Below the pieces are notes generated by a model, which saw only the letters and a program-made list of their open reading frames with translations, searched no databases and was not told where the DNA came from. From positions 1 through 42,172 of the IMG/VR virus record IMGVR_UViG_3300023184_002373: a stretch of 42,172 nt of DNA; one strand, 5' to 3'. Source of the DNA: a virus. Its lineage: Duplodnaviria > Caudoviricetes. A program made the position numbers and the translations under genes. Each line of letters starts with the position of its first letter. Positions within the stretch are counted from its first letter, which is position 1. Below are positions 26,485 through 34,022 of this stretch, in pieces.

Positions 26485-27096
26485 GTGGCTACTCATATAG
26501 CCGATATACCTAAGCCGTTTTATTGTTATGTGCAGAACGAGTTTCTATATGATTTCCAAAAAGGTTTCGGGGAATACACTGCTTGCCTTGCCTATGGTCT
26601 ATCTGCTCTTCCTAGTCGGGCTTGGGGAATATCAATACTGTTGGAGAATGGTGCGTTAGTACAACACATTCCACTTCATGCACTGACTTTCAATACACCT
26701 GCCATACACACTCACCCACTTGACCACCTGCAAATTTGGTCGTGCTATGGTCAAAATTTTGCTACCCACGAATATGGCGCTCTTTCTGAACTGGCTGCAA
26801 AAGTTTATTTGAAAGAAGGATTGTGGGAGTCGGGTCGTTATCTTTTTACGGCTGCACCTTATGGCGATATGTATTCTTCCACTCCCGATCAGCATAAACA
26901 TTTTAATTTTATTCGGCTAGATTGTGGAAGAGTTGGTGCTTGGCCAGGAAATCGCACACTCATGTTTGATGAATCGTTTGTGAAACTTACCGAAGAACGC
27001 CCAAAATACCTTACAAATACGAGGTTTTGGTATCCCGAAGGGCTTGATGTTTCCAATCCTTTTGATGCAACCATCACGGCTGAGAATTCTCTTTAG
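26485..27096 (+). CDS. Conserved hypothetical phage protein
   Basis: CYVQNEFLYD..LENGA..PLHAL..LQIWSC..YLFT..QHK..PGNR. Confidence 0.7.
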   Translation: MATHIADIPKPFYCYVQNEFLYDFQKGFGEYTACLAYGLSALPSRAWGISILLENGALVQHIPLHALTFNTPAIHTHPLDHLQIWSCYGQNFATHEYGALSELAAKVYLKEGLWESGRYLFTAAPYGDMYSSTPDQHKHFNFIRLDCGRVGAWPGNRTLMFDESFVKLTEERPKYLTNTRFWYPEGLDVSNPFDATITAENSL

Positions 27097-27122
27097 TTTC
27101 TAAAAGATTTATGAGATAAGTG

Positions 27123-27152
27123 TTGCATTACCCCCATTACTGACTGTAAGTT
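27123..27152 (+). promoter_or_regulatory. Putative promoter for the scaffold-capsid operon
   Basis: TTGCAT-N18-TAAGTT shortly before ATG 27162. Confidence 0.4.
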
Positions 27153-27161
27153 GTTTCTCGT

Positions 27162-28079
27162 ATGAAAAAGAAGGGCAACCGACTCACTGATATGGAATTT
27201 GATGAAGTGTCACTAGTGACACGACCAGCGAATCAGATGAGCAAGGTAGTTCTTTTCAAAAGCGATGAAGCCATTTCGGAGGAAGAACAAGTGAATCCTG
27301 AAGACCAAGTTGAAGAAGTAGAAGCCGTTGTAGCCGAAGAGGTAGCAGCCGAAGAAGTAGTTGAAAAGGCAAAGAAGAAAATGCCTGCTATGGATGCTGA
27401 AGAAATGGGCGAAGAGCAGGGTGCTGATGAATCTGATGCCGATTATGCAAAGCGCATGAAAGCAATGAACGCAAAAATGGCTAAGAGCAATGACGAAGAC
27501 TCTGTTGAAATTCCTTCTGAAGTCTATGACTACATTGAAGCACTTGAATCGGCTAACGCCGAACTTGTTGAGCAAGTTTCCAAGATGACTAGCGAAATGA
27601 ATGAATCTGCTGAAGCAATCCAAGCAGAAATCTTCAAGTCGGCTGACCCACGCATGGTTGAACTCGTTAAGGGTTTGGAAGACCGTGTTGCATCGGCTGA
27701 AGCAATTGCTAAAGCAGAGCGTGACCATCGCCTAGAGCAAGAATTTGTTGCTAAGGCTTCAACTCTTACCAATCTTTCAGTTAAGGCTGAAGAATTCGGT
27801 GTAATTTTGAAGGGTGTTGCTGATCGTCTTACTGACGAACAGTACGATGCCATTTGGCAAGTAATCTCTTCTGCTAACGCAAACCTATCTAAATCAGGTT
27901 TGTTTGCTGAGTTCGGTAAGTCATCCACAACCGACAACGATGGGCCAATGTCCATTATTGAGAAGGCTGCTGCGACATTACGCCAAAGCAACCCGACGAT
28001 GACTCGTGAGCAGTCAATTGCTAAGGCAGTTTCTGCTGACACAAACTTGTACAACCAATATCTCCGTGACGGAAAGTAG
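27162..28079 (+). CDS. Capsid scaffolding protein with N-terminal prohead-protease strand (EVSLVTRPAN); in-frame internal start GTG 27291
   Basis: Acidic coiled coil upstream of the capsid genes; a GGAGG SD at 27278 precedes GTG 27291. Confidence 0.75.
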   Translation: MKKKGNRLTDMEFDEVSLVTRPANQMSKVVLFKSDEAISEEEQVNPEDQVEEVEAVVAEEVAAEEVVEKAKKKMPAMDAEEMGEEQGADESDADYAKRMKAMNAKMAKSNDEDSVEIPSEVYDYIEALESANAELVEQVSKMTSEMNESAEAIQAEIFKSADPRMVELVKGLEDRVASAEAIAKAERDHRLEQEFVAKASTLTNLSVKAEEFGVILKGVADRLTDEQYDAIWQVISSANANLSKSGLFAEFGKSSTTDNDGPMSIIEKAAATLRQSNPTMTREQSIAKAVSADTNLYNQYLRDGK

Positions 28080-28087
28080 AAAAAATT

Positions 28088-28480
28088 ATGGCATACAAAG
28101 GTTCACAACCGTTTAAGATTACTCTTAACGCAGGCGCTGACCTGTCGGCAAAGCAGTATTACTTTGTTAAGTTGAACTCGTCAGGCAACGCTGTTGTCTG
28201 TGCGGCAGTAACTGACAAACCAGTTGGAGTTCTTCAGAACAACCCAACATCAGGTCAAGCAGCAGAGATTGTTGTTGTTGGTTTGACAAAGGTTTCAACT
28301 GATGCAGCACTTGCAATTGCCGATCTAGTCGGTACGAGCGGTGACGGTCAAGCAGCAGCGTATGTTGCTGGCACTGACACAACAAAATATGTTGTTGGTC
28401 AAGCAGTAGTCACTTCAGGTGGCGCAGACGAACTCACCACTATCATGGTCAACTGTGCTTCATTGCACCGTGGCGCTTAA
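28088..28480 (+). CDS. Capsid decoration/cement protein (DUF2190-like)
   Basis: AGADLSAKQYYFVKL..GVLQN.P..G.AA; lies between scaffold and major capsid genes. Confidence 0.75.
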   Translation: MAYKGSQPFKITLNAGADLSAKQYYFVKLNSSGNAVVCAAVTDKPVGVLQNNPTSGQAAEIVVVGLTKVSTDAALAIADLVGTSGDGQAAAYVAGTDTTKYVVGQAVVTSGGADELTTIMVNCASLHRGA

Positions 28481-28511
28481 TTTTCAAGAAAGAAAACGGA
28501 GAAAATAAATC

Positions 28512-29462
28512 ATGGCACAGCCAACAACTAATGATGTTCATGTTGATGCAATCCTCACGAACATTTCAGTAGCATATATCCAAGATCAAAAGGCATATAT
28601 TGCAAACCAAGTATTCCCTACAATTCCTGTAGAGAAGCAATCAGACAAGTATTTCTTGTACTCAAAGAACGATTGGTTTCGTGACGAAGCACAAAAGCGC
28701 GCTCCTGCATCTGAATCAGTTGGTTCGGGCTACTCGCTTTCAACTTCAACCTATAGTGCTGATGTTTATGCGTTCCACAAAGATGTTGACGATCAGGTTC
28801 GTGCTAACGCCGACTCGCCGTTGAATGTTGACCGTGACGCTACCGAGTTTGTTACTCAGCGTATGTTGATGCGTCAGGAAGTTCAATGGACTGCTGACTT
28901 TTTCACGACCTCAATTTGGGCAACTGACAAAACTGTTGACAACTTGTGGAGTGACTACACAGCATCTGACCCAATTGGCGATGTTGAAACTGGTAAAGCA
29001 GCGATCTTGAACAGCACTGGTTATCTCCCAAACACAATGGTGTTGGGTTACGATGTGTTCCGTCAACTCCGTCACCACCCTGACATCGTTGACCGTGTTA
29101 AGTACACAAGCGCAGAGAATGTCACTGAAGACATCCTTGCTCGTTTCTTCGGTGTTGACCGTATCTTGGTTGCTCGTGCAATTAGGAACACTGGTCGTGA
29201 AGGTGCAACTGCATCTTTCTCAAACATTGCTGGAAAGAACTGTGGCTTGTTCTACACTGCACCAACTCCTGGCCTGTTGACACCTTCTGCTGGATACCAA
29301 TTCGCTTGGCGTGGTGTATCTGACGGCATGGGTGCAAATGTTGGCATCACTCGCTTCCGTATGCCTGAACTCCGTGCAGATCGCATTGAGGCTCAAATGG
29401 CGTGGGATAACAAGGTAATTGCAACCGATCTCGGTTACTTCTTCCCTTCTTGTGTAGCCTAA
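28512..29462 (+). CDS. Major capsid protein
   Basis: HVDAILTNISVAY..IANQVFPTIPVEKQSDKY..PNTMVLG; size and position fit. Confidence 0.88.
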   Translation: MAQPTTNDVHVDAILTNISVAYIQDQKAYIANQVFPTIPVEKQSDKYFLYSKNDWFRDEAQKRAPASESVGSGYSLSTSTYSADVYAFHKDVDDQVRANADSPLNVDRDATEFVTQRMLMRQEVQWTADFFTTSIWATDKTVDNLWSDYTASDPIGDVETGKAAILNSTGYLPNTMVLGYDVFRQLRHHPDIVDRVKYTSAENVTEDILARFFGVDRILVARAIRNTGREGATASFSNIAGKNCGLFYTAPTPGLLTPSAGYQFAWRGVSDGMGANVGITRFRMPELRADRIEAQMAWDNKVIATDLGYFFPSCVA

Positions 29463-29488
29463 TTTTAAGTTCCCGAAAGGAGCATTAA

Positions 29489-29902
29489 ATGAATCTTTTT
29501 TCTAAAGGTAAAGGCTTGATGGGGTCATTGCGAGTCAATGGCGTTATCGCAGGCATTACTCACACAGAGAAGACCACTGTTACAACGCTTACAGATGCAG
29601 CAGAAACCATGACAGCCGCTCAGGTTGTCACCAATGGTGGCTTGTTTGTTTGTACTCCAACGGCAACAAGGGCTAAGACAATTCCAACTGGAACTCTTAC
29701 TTGTGCGGCTTTGAAGGGTTACGCAGTAAGTGACACTTTTGATGTCACCTTCACCAACCTTGCTTCGGCAACTCATGCTTTGACGATTACTGCTGGTACT
29801 GATGCAACGATTGTTGGTTCTGCAACGGTTGCAGCAGCATCATCGGCAACATTCAAGGTTCGTGTCTCAGCAGCCAATACAGTGGTGTGGTACAGAGTCT
29901 AA
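29489..29902 (+). CDS. Head fibre/decoration-like structural protein
   Basis: T/A-rich beta-type protein after the capsid gene; AAGGAG SD. Confidence 0.6.
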   Translation: MNLFSKGKGLMGSLRVNGVIAGITHTEKTTVTTLTDAAETMTAAQVVTNGGLFVCTPTATRAKTIPTGTLTCAALKGYAVSDTFDVTFTNLASATHALTITAGTDATIVGSATVAAASSATFKVRVSAANTVVWYRV

Positions 29903-29920
29903 TAAATAAACTAGTAGAAA

Positions 29921-30226
29921 GTGTCCATTGTGACCGTCAAAGACCCTCTAATAGATTCAGTTGCATCAAAAAGTAAATGGGTGATCGTTCTTCGCTCGTT
30001 TGAAGGTAGTGGTGTTACTTTCATGCGTGGTGAAGTTGTTGACTCAACTGGTTGGAAACATACAAGTGCGCTTGTAAGTCGCCGTTATGTTGCACCTCTT
30101 CCTTTTGGTTCGGAAGTTCCCGAAGAAGAGTTGCAAGAAGATGGAACGATGCGCCGTGTTGTTAAGACTCCTGTAATTGAAAAGAAAGAAACGAAAAAAA
30201 CGAAAGTGTCTAACAAGTCGGCATAA
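29921..30226 (+). CDS. Hypothetical protein
   Basis: ORF within the head-tail joining region. Confidence 0.6.
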   Translation: MSIVTVKDPLIDSVASKSKWVIVLRSFEGSGVTFMRGEVVDSTGWKHTSALVSRRYVAPLPFGSEVPEEELQEDGTMRRVVKTPVIEKKETKKTKVSNKSA

Positions 30227-30231
30227 CGACT

Positions 30232-30260
30232 TTCCAAAAACACTTCAACCATTCTATGAT
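30232..30260 (+). promoter_or_regulatory. Putative promoter for neck genes
   Basis: TTCCAA-N17-TATGAT upstream of an AGGAG SD. Confidence 0.4.
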
Positions 30261-30277
30261 AGTTGTAGGAGTGTTTT

Positions 30278-30724
30278 ATGGCTTGGACATATTCAGGAGA
30301 TCCGTCGGCATCTAGTTTGGATGCTGTTCGCTTTACAATTGGTGACACTGACACCACAGATCAACTCGTTAATGACGCAGAAATAACCTACTTCATTAAC
30401 CTGCACGGAAACATTAACCGTGCCTCTTCTGAAACTTGCCGTGCCATTGCTGGTAAGTTTGCTCGCTTAATGTCTCGTTCAATTGGTGGTTTGCAGGCTG
30501 ATTTTAGTGCCAAACACACTCAGTACTTAGCACTGGCAGACAGTTTGGTTGAAAAAGACGAAATGACTCCAGTAAGCCCATTTGTGTCGGGTTGGAGTCG
30601 TAGTGGTAAAGAAGGAATTGAAAACAATTCTGACCGTGAGCCTACATTTGGTCGTAAAGGACAGCACGATAATCCTAGGTCTTATCCTGTGGATGAATCA
30701 CCACTTGGCTATCGGAGAGCGTAG
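30278..30724 (+). CDS. Head-tail adaptor/connector
   Basis: WTYSGDP..LDAVRFTIGDTD..L..DAEI. Confidence 0.75.
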   Translation: MAWTYSGDPSASSLDAVRFTIGDTDTTDQLVNDAEITYFINLHGNINRASSETCRAIAGKFARLMSRSIGGLQADFSAKHTQYLALADSLVEKDEMTPVSPFVSGWSRSGKEGIENNSDREPTFGRKGQHDNPRSYPVDESPLGYRRA

Positions 30725-31041
30725 TGGCAATTGATAAGCAACTGTCGGCGTTTATGCCTCATACGGTGACGATTGCACCATACACGGCTAAGAACAACTA
30801 CGGAGAAGACACCTATACAGGCACTAGAACTGCATATGCGTATGTTGAGGCTAATCAGAATGTGAATATGGGTAATCAATCCAGTGAGGAAACTAGACCT
30901 AAGCAAGCGTATATATCGGACACTGCTATCACTCTTCGTGACAAGATAACGCTTCCTGACGGCTCTACACCTAAGATCAGTAGCATTGCTATTTATACTG
31001 AGGTTTTGGGGCTAGAACATACGGTTGTGACATTTATATGA
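30724..31041 (+). CDS. Head closure/stopper protein
   Basis: HTVTI..NNYGE..DKITLPDG; synteny. Confidence 0.65.
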   Translation: MAIDKQLSAFMPHTVTIAPYTAKNNYGEDTYTGTRTAYAYVEANQNVNMGNQSSEETRPKQAYISDTAITLRDKITLPDGSTPKISSIAIYTEVLGLEHTVVTFI

Positions 31042-31421
31042 CGAGCATCAAGGTAAAGGTAATCAAAAACAATTTTGCCAAGATTGCCAATGCCACTGTT
31101 ACCGATGTTGCTCAGGCTTTGTTTGTTGAAGCAGAGCGAATTATGACGGATGCAAAACAAAACTATGTTCCTGTTGACACTGGCGCTCTTATGGGTAGTG
31201 GAACTGTTTTGAAGCCTGAAATTACTGGCAGAAGAATCAGCGTGACTCTAGGTTTTGGTGGTGCAGCAGCACCTTATGCAGCAGTAGTACATGAGTATCC
31301 AAAAAAATACGGTCAGCACAAGAACAAGTATCTAAGTCAACCTCTAAATAAAGCAAATAAAGATATGGCTATTCGTTTGTCACAGGCTGTAAAGAACTCA
31401 ATTAAAAACCGTGGCGCTTAA
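31038..31421 (+). CDS. HK97 gp10-like neck/tail-completion protein
   Basis: VPVDTGAL..S..APYAAVVHE..KYL. Confidence 0.75.
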   Translation: MTSIKVKVIKNNFAKIANATVTDVAQALFVEAERIMTDAKQNYVPVDTGALMGSGTVLKPEITGRRISVTLGFGGAAAPYAAVVHEYPKKYGQHKNKYLSQPLNKANKDMAIRLSQAVKNSIKNRGA

Positions 31422-31423
31422 CC

Positions 31424-31825
31424 ATGTCTATTCTTGAAGACCTCGGTGGATATTTAGATACCCAACTTTCTACGGTTACTCTTGGCACTAATCTTTTCTA
31501 TTCACTGATTCCCGAAACCGTTTCTAACTGTATTGCTTTATTTGAGAATTCAGGTACAGCACCAACTTTTACAATGGGTACAAACGGTCTCCCCCAATTA
31601 GAACGACCACAGTTACAGTTTTTGGTGAGAGATGCTTCATATTCAACTGGTCGTGACCTTTCCGACAGTATTTATAGAGTTCTAACTGCTATCACCAACC
31701 AAACTATCAATAGCCATGTGTATTTAAGAGTTGAAGCGGTTGCCACGCCTGCCCTGCTGGAAAGAGATGCAAACCGTAGGTCTGTTTTTACCTGTAATTT
31801 TGATGTAATCAGAATCACGCCATGA
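31424..31825 (+). CDS. Tail terminator (minor capsid 3-like)
   Basis: LGTNLF..ERPQLQFLVR..L.RDANRR..FTCNF; synteny. Confidence 0.7.
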   Translation: MSILEDLGGYLDTQLSTVTLGTNLFYSLIPETVSNCIALFENSGTAPTFTMGTNGLPQLERPQLQFLVRDASYSTGRDLSDSIYRVLTAITNQTINSHVYLRVEAVATPALLERDANRRSVFTCNFDVIRITP

Positions 31826-31974
31826 CCGATATAAAACCCGATGTCTATGGGGAGGAATCTAGGACTGACGAAAAGCCTAGATGCCACCGATGCGAGAAGT
31901 TATTGGCTGAAAAACTAACTAGACCGTGGCTTATTGTTTGTCAGAGATGTAAGGCAAAAAACAACAAAGATTGA
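31822..31974 (+). CDS. Com-like zinc-finger protein (50 aa, absent from ORF track)
   Basis: ATGA overlap with the previous gene; RCHRCEKLLA...IVCQRCKAKN matches the Mu Com zinc-ribbon pattern. Confidence 0.7.
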   Translation: MTDIKPDVYGEESRTDEKPRCHRCEKLLAEKLTRPWLIVCQRCKAKNNKD

Positions 31975-31975
31975 C

Positions 31976-32112
31976 TTGCTATTTACAGGACATCACCTGT
32001 ATGTTTGGCTCACAACTTAATTTCGTGTCCTTAGTGATCTCGGCTTGACTGCCAATCGTGCGCTTGTCGCCCCAGTCCTTCCGATACTGCTATGGCGATT
32101 TCGGAGAACTAA
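31976..32112 (+). promoter_or_regulatory. Promoter plus structured 5' leader of the tail operon
   Basis: TTGCTA-N18-TATGTT. The SD (tcggag, 32101-32106) can pair with ttccga (32079-32084). Confidence 0.45.
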
Positions 32113-32313
32113 ATGGCAACTTACATGGCGAACACAGGACTGGATTACGGCACTCCTTCTAAGCGTGTTGAAGCAGGCGAGTTTGTTTCAGACCTTCCAA
32201 GCAAATCAATCTCGTGGCTTTTGGCACAGAATCTAATTGAACTTGTTGAAGACTCAGCACCTGCTAAAAACAATAGCAAAACTGAAAAAGTAGTGGAAGA
32301 AGAGGCTATCTAA
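32113..32313 (+). CDS. Small hypothetical tail-region protein
   Basis: GLDY..KRVEAGEFVSDLP..SISWLL. Confidence 0.7.
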   Translation: MATYMANTGLDYGTPSKRVEAGEFVSDLPSKSISWLLAQNLIELVEDSAPAKNNSKTEKVVEEEAI

Positions 32314-32314
32314 T

Positions 32315-33040
32315 ATGGCATTTTTACATGGTAAGTCTGCACAAGTTCTCCACAACGAATTTGATCTTTCTTCATATTTCAAAGAAATTTCCGTTTCTCG
32401 CATGGCTGAAACGGCAGAAACAACGGCATTTGGAAATTCTGCCAAAACATACATCACTGGTCTTACTGACGGTACTCTTTCATTAACAGGAATGTTTGAA
32501 GGCTCTTCCAATGGTGTTGACAAAGAGATGACCGATGTTATTGGAGATAACACTGGTGGCATTATTTCAATATCTGTATCAGGCGCAACCACTATTGGAA
32601 CTCGCATGATGTCGGCTACTGGCAAACTTACTGCATATGAAGTTTCTGCTCCTGTTGCCGATGTTGTTTCTATAACAGCACAATTTCAGGCAGACAGTGG
32701 AATTGGTAATGCAATATCATTACACGCCTTGGGTGCAGATACAGCAACTGCAAACAATACCTCTGTTGACAACACTACATCTTCTACCAATGGTGGATAT
32801 GCAACTCTTCATGTCACAGCCAACACAATGAATGGCACTGACATTTTCAAAGTTCAACATTCGTCAGACAACTCAACTTGGGCTGACCTTTCAACTTTTT
32901 CTACTGTAGCCTCAACAACAGTTACAGCAGAAAGAAAGACTGTAGCCAGTGGCACAACAGTCAATAGGTATCTCCGTTCCACGCTTACAGCAGCAGGCAC
33001 GGGGAGTATTACATATCACATCAACTTCGCAAGAGCATAG
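32315..33040 (+). CDS. Tail tube-like protein with C-terminal extension (paralogue 1)
   Basis: MAFLHGK..DLS.Y..AETAETTAFG..KTYITGL.DG. Confidence 0.7.
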   Translation: MAFLHGKSAQVLHNEFDLSSYFKEISVSRMAETAETTAFGNSAKTYITGLTDGTLSLTGMFEGSSNGVDKEMTDVIGDNTGGIISISVSGATTIGTRMMSATGKLTAYEVSAPVADVVSITAQFQADSGIGNAISLHALGADTATANNTSVDNTTSSTNGGYATLHVTANTMNGTDIFKVQHSSDNSTWADLSTFSTVASTTVTAERKTVASGTTVNRYLRSTLTAAGTGSITYHINFARA

Positions 33041-33051
33041 GAAAATAAATC

Positions 33052-33462
33052 ATGGCATTTGTACACGGTAAATCAGCACAATTCACACTCACAGATAGCG
33101 GAGCAGTAGCCCGTGATCTTTCTGCATACATTTCAGAGATCAGTTTCCCCCGATCAATTGAAACAGCAGAAACAACGGCATTTGGTTCAAACGCCAAGTC
33201 CTACATTGTAGGCCTCAGCGATGCAACCATCAGCCTCACAGGAAAGTTTGATGCAACAGCAGACGGATACCTTGCTGGTGTTTTGGGTCAATCAACTCTT
33301 CTTGCTTTCGTGTACGGGCCAGCAGGCTCAACTGCTGGAAACATCAAATATACTGGCTCTGCAATCATGACTTCGTATGAAGTTAGTGCTACAGTTGGAG
33401 ATGCAGTATCAGCATCTGTCCAACTTCAAGTATCAGGCGCTATTACTCGCACAACATACTAA
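33052..33462 (+). CDS. Major tail (tube) protein (paralogue 2)
   Basis: MAFVHGK..DLSAY..ETAETTAFG..KSYIVGL.D; directly precedes the tail chaperones. Confidence 0.8.
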   Translation: MAFVHGKSAQFTLTDSGAVARDLSAYISEISFPRSIETAETTAFGSNAKSYIVGLSDATISLTGKFDATADGYLAGVLGQSTLLAFVYGPAGSTAGNIKYTGSAIMTSYEVSATVGDAVSASVQLQVSGAITRTTY

Positions 33463-33492
33463 TAACCAACAACTACAAACAGGAGAACCATA

Positions 33493-33843
33493 GTGTCCTT
33501 GCGTGACCGAATTCTACAAGCAAACGATATTCAGAGCAACATCATCACTGTTACGCAGTGGGGAGTTGATTTAGATATCCGAACGATGACTGCAATTGAA
33601 AGAACCCGTTTAGTTTCACTCTGTACAAAAACAGACGGAACAGTGGATATGGAAAAAATGTATCCAATGTTGCTCATTGCGGCAGCGTATGACCCAATCA
33701 CAGGTGAAAAGGTTTTTACAGCAGATGACATGGTTGCTCTTCAAGATAAATCAGCATCAGCAATTGAATTTGTCGCTCAAAAGGTAATGGAAGTTGCTGG
33801 TATGACGGCTAAGGCGGTTGACGAAGAGGGAAAAGACAACTAG
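33493..33843 (+). CDS. Tail assembly chaperone (gpG-like)
   Basis: MSLRDRIL..V.QWG; ends EGKDN across the GGGAAAA slippery site. Confidence 0.85.
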   Translation: MSLRDRILQANDIQSNIITVTQWGVDLDIRTMTAIERTRLVSLCTKTDGTVDMEKMYPMLLIAAAYDPITGEKVFTADDMVALQDKSASAIEFVAQKVMEVAGMTAKAVDEEGKDN

Positions 33844-34022
33844 AAGACCCTGAGTACCGTTACTATTTTGTTCTTGCCGAAAGGCTAGGCAGAACAGTAG
33901 AGGAACTACTTTTTGGGTCTTCTACGACTTTACCTCTTCGTGCTGATGAACTTGTCGGGTGGGCAGCACACGACAAATTAACAGCATGGGAAAGAGAACA
34001 AGCGTCTAGACGGAGAAGGTAG
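33493..34022 (+). CDS. Tail assembly chaperone gpGT-like product of a programmed -1 frameshift at GGGAAAA (33828-33834)
   Basis: The -1 frame reads RQLEDPEYRYYFVLAERLGRTVEELL..ELVGWAA up to TAG 34020-34022, which overlaps the tape measure GTG. Confidence 0.85.

Noticed and set aside
32045-32236. 63-aa ORF in the tail leader
   Set aside because: It has a TTG start without an SD and overlaps the better-supported 32113 gene. The region is better explained as a regulatory leader.
33828-33834. Tail chaperone frameshift as a novel finding
   Set aside because: It is real but a well-known conserved feature of long-tailed phages, so it is listed as a feature only.
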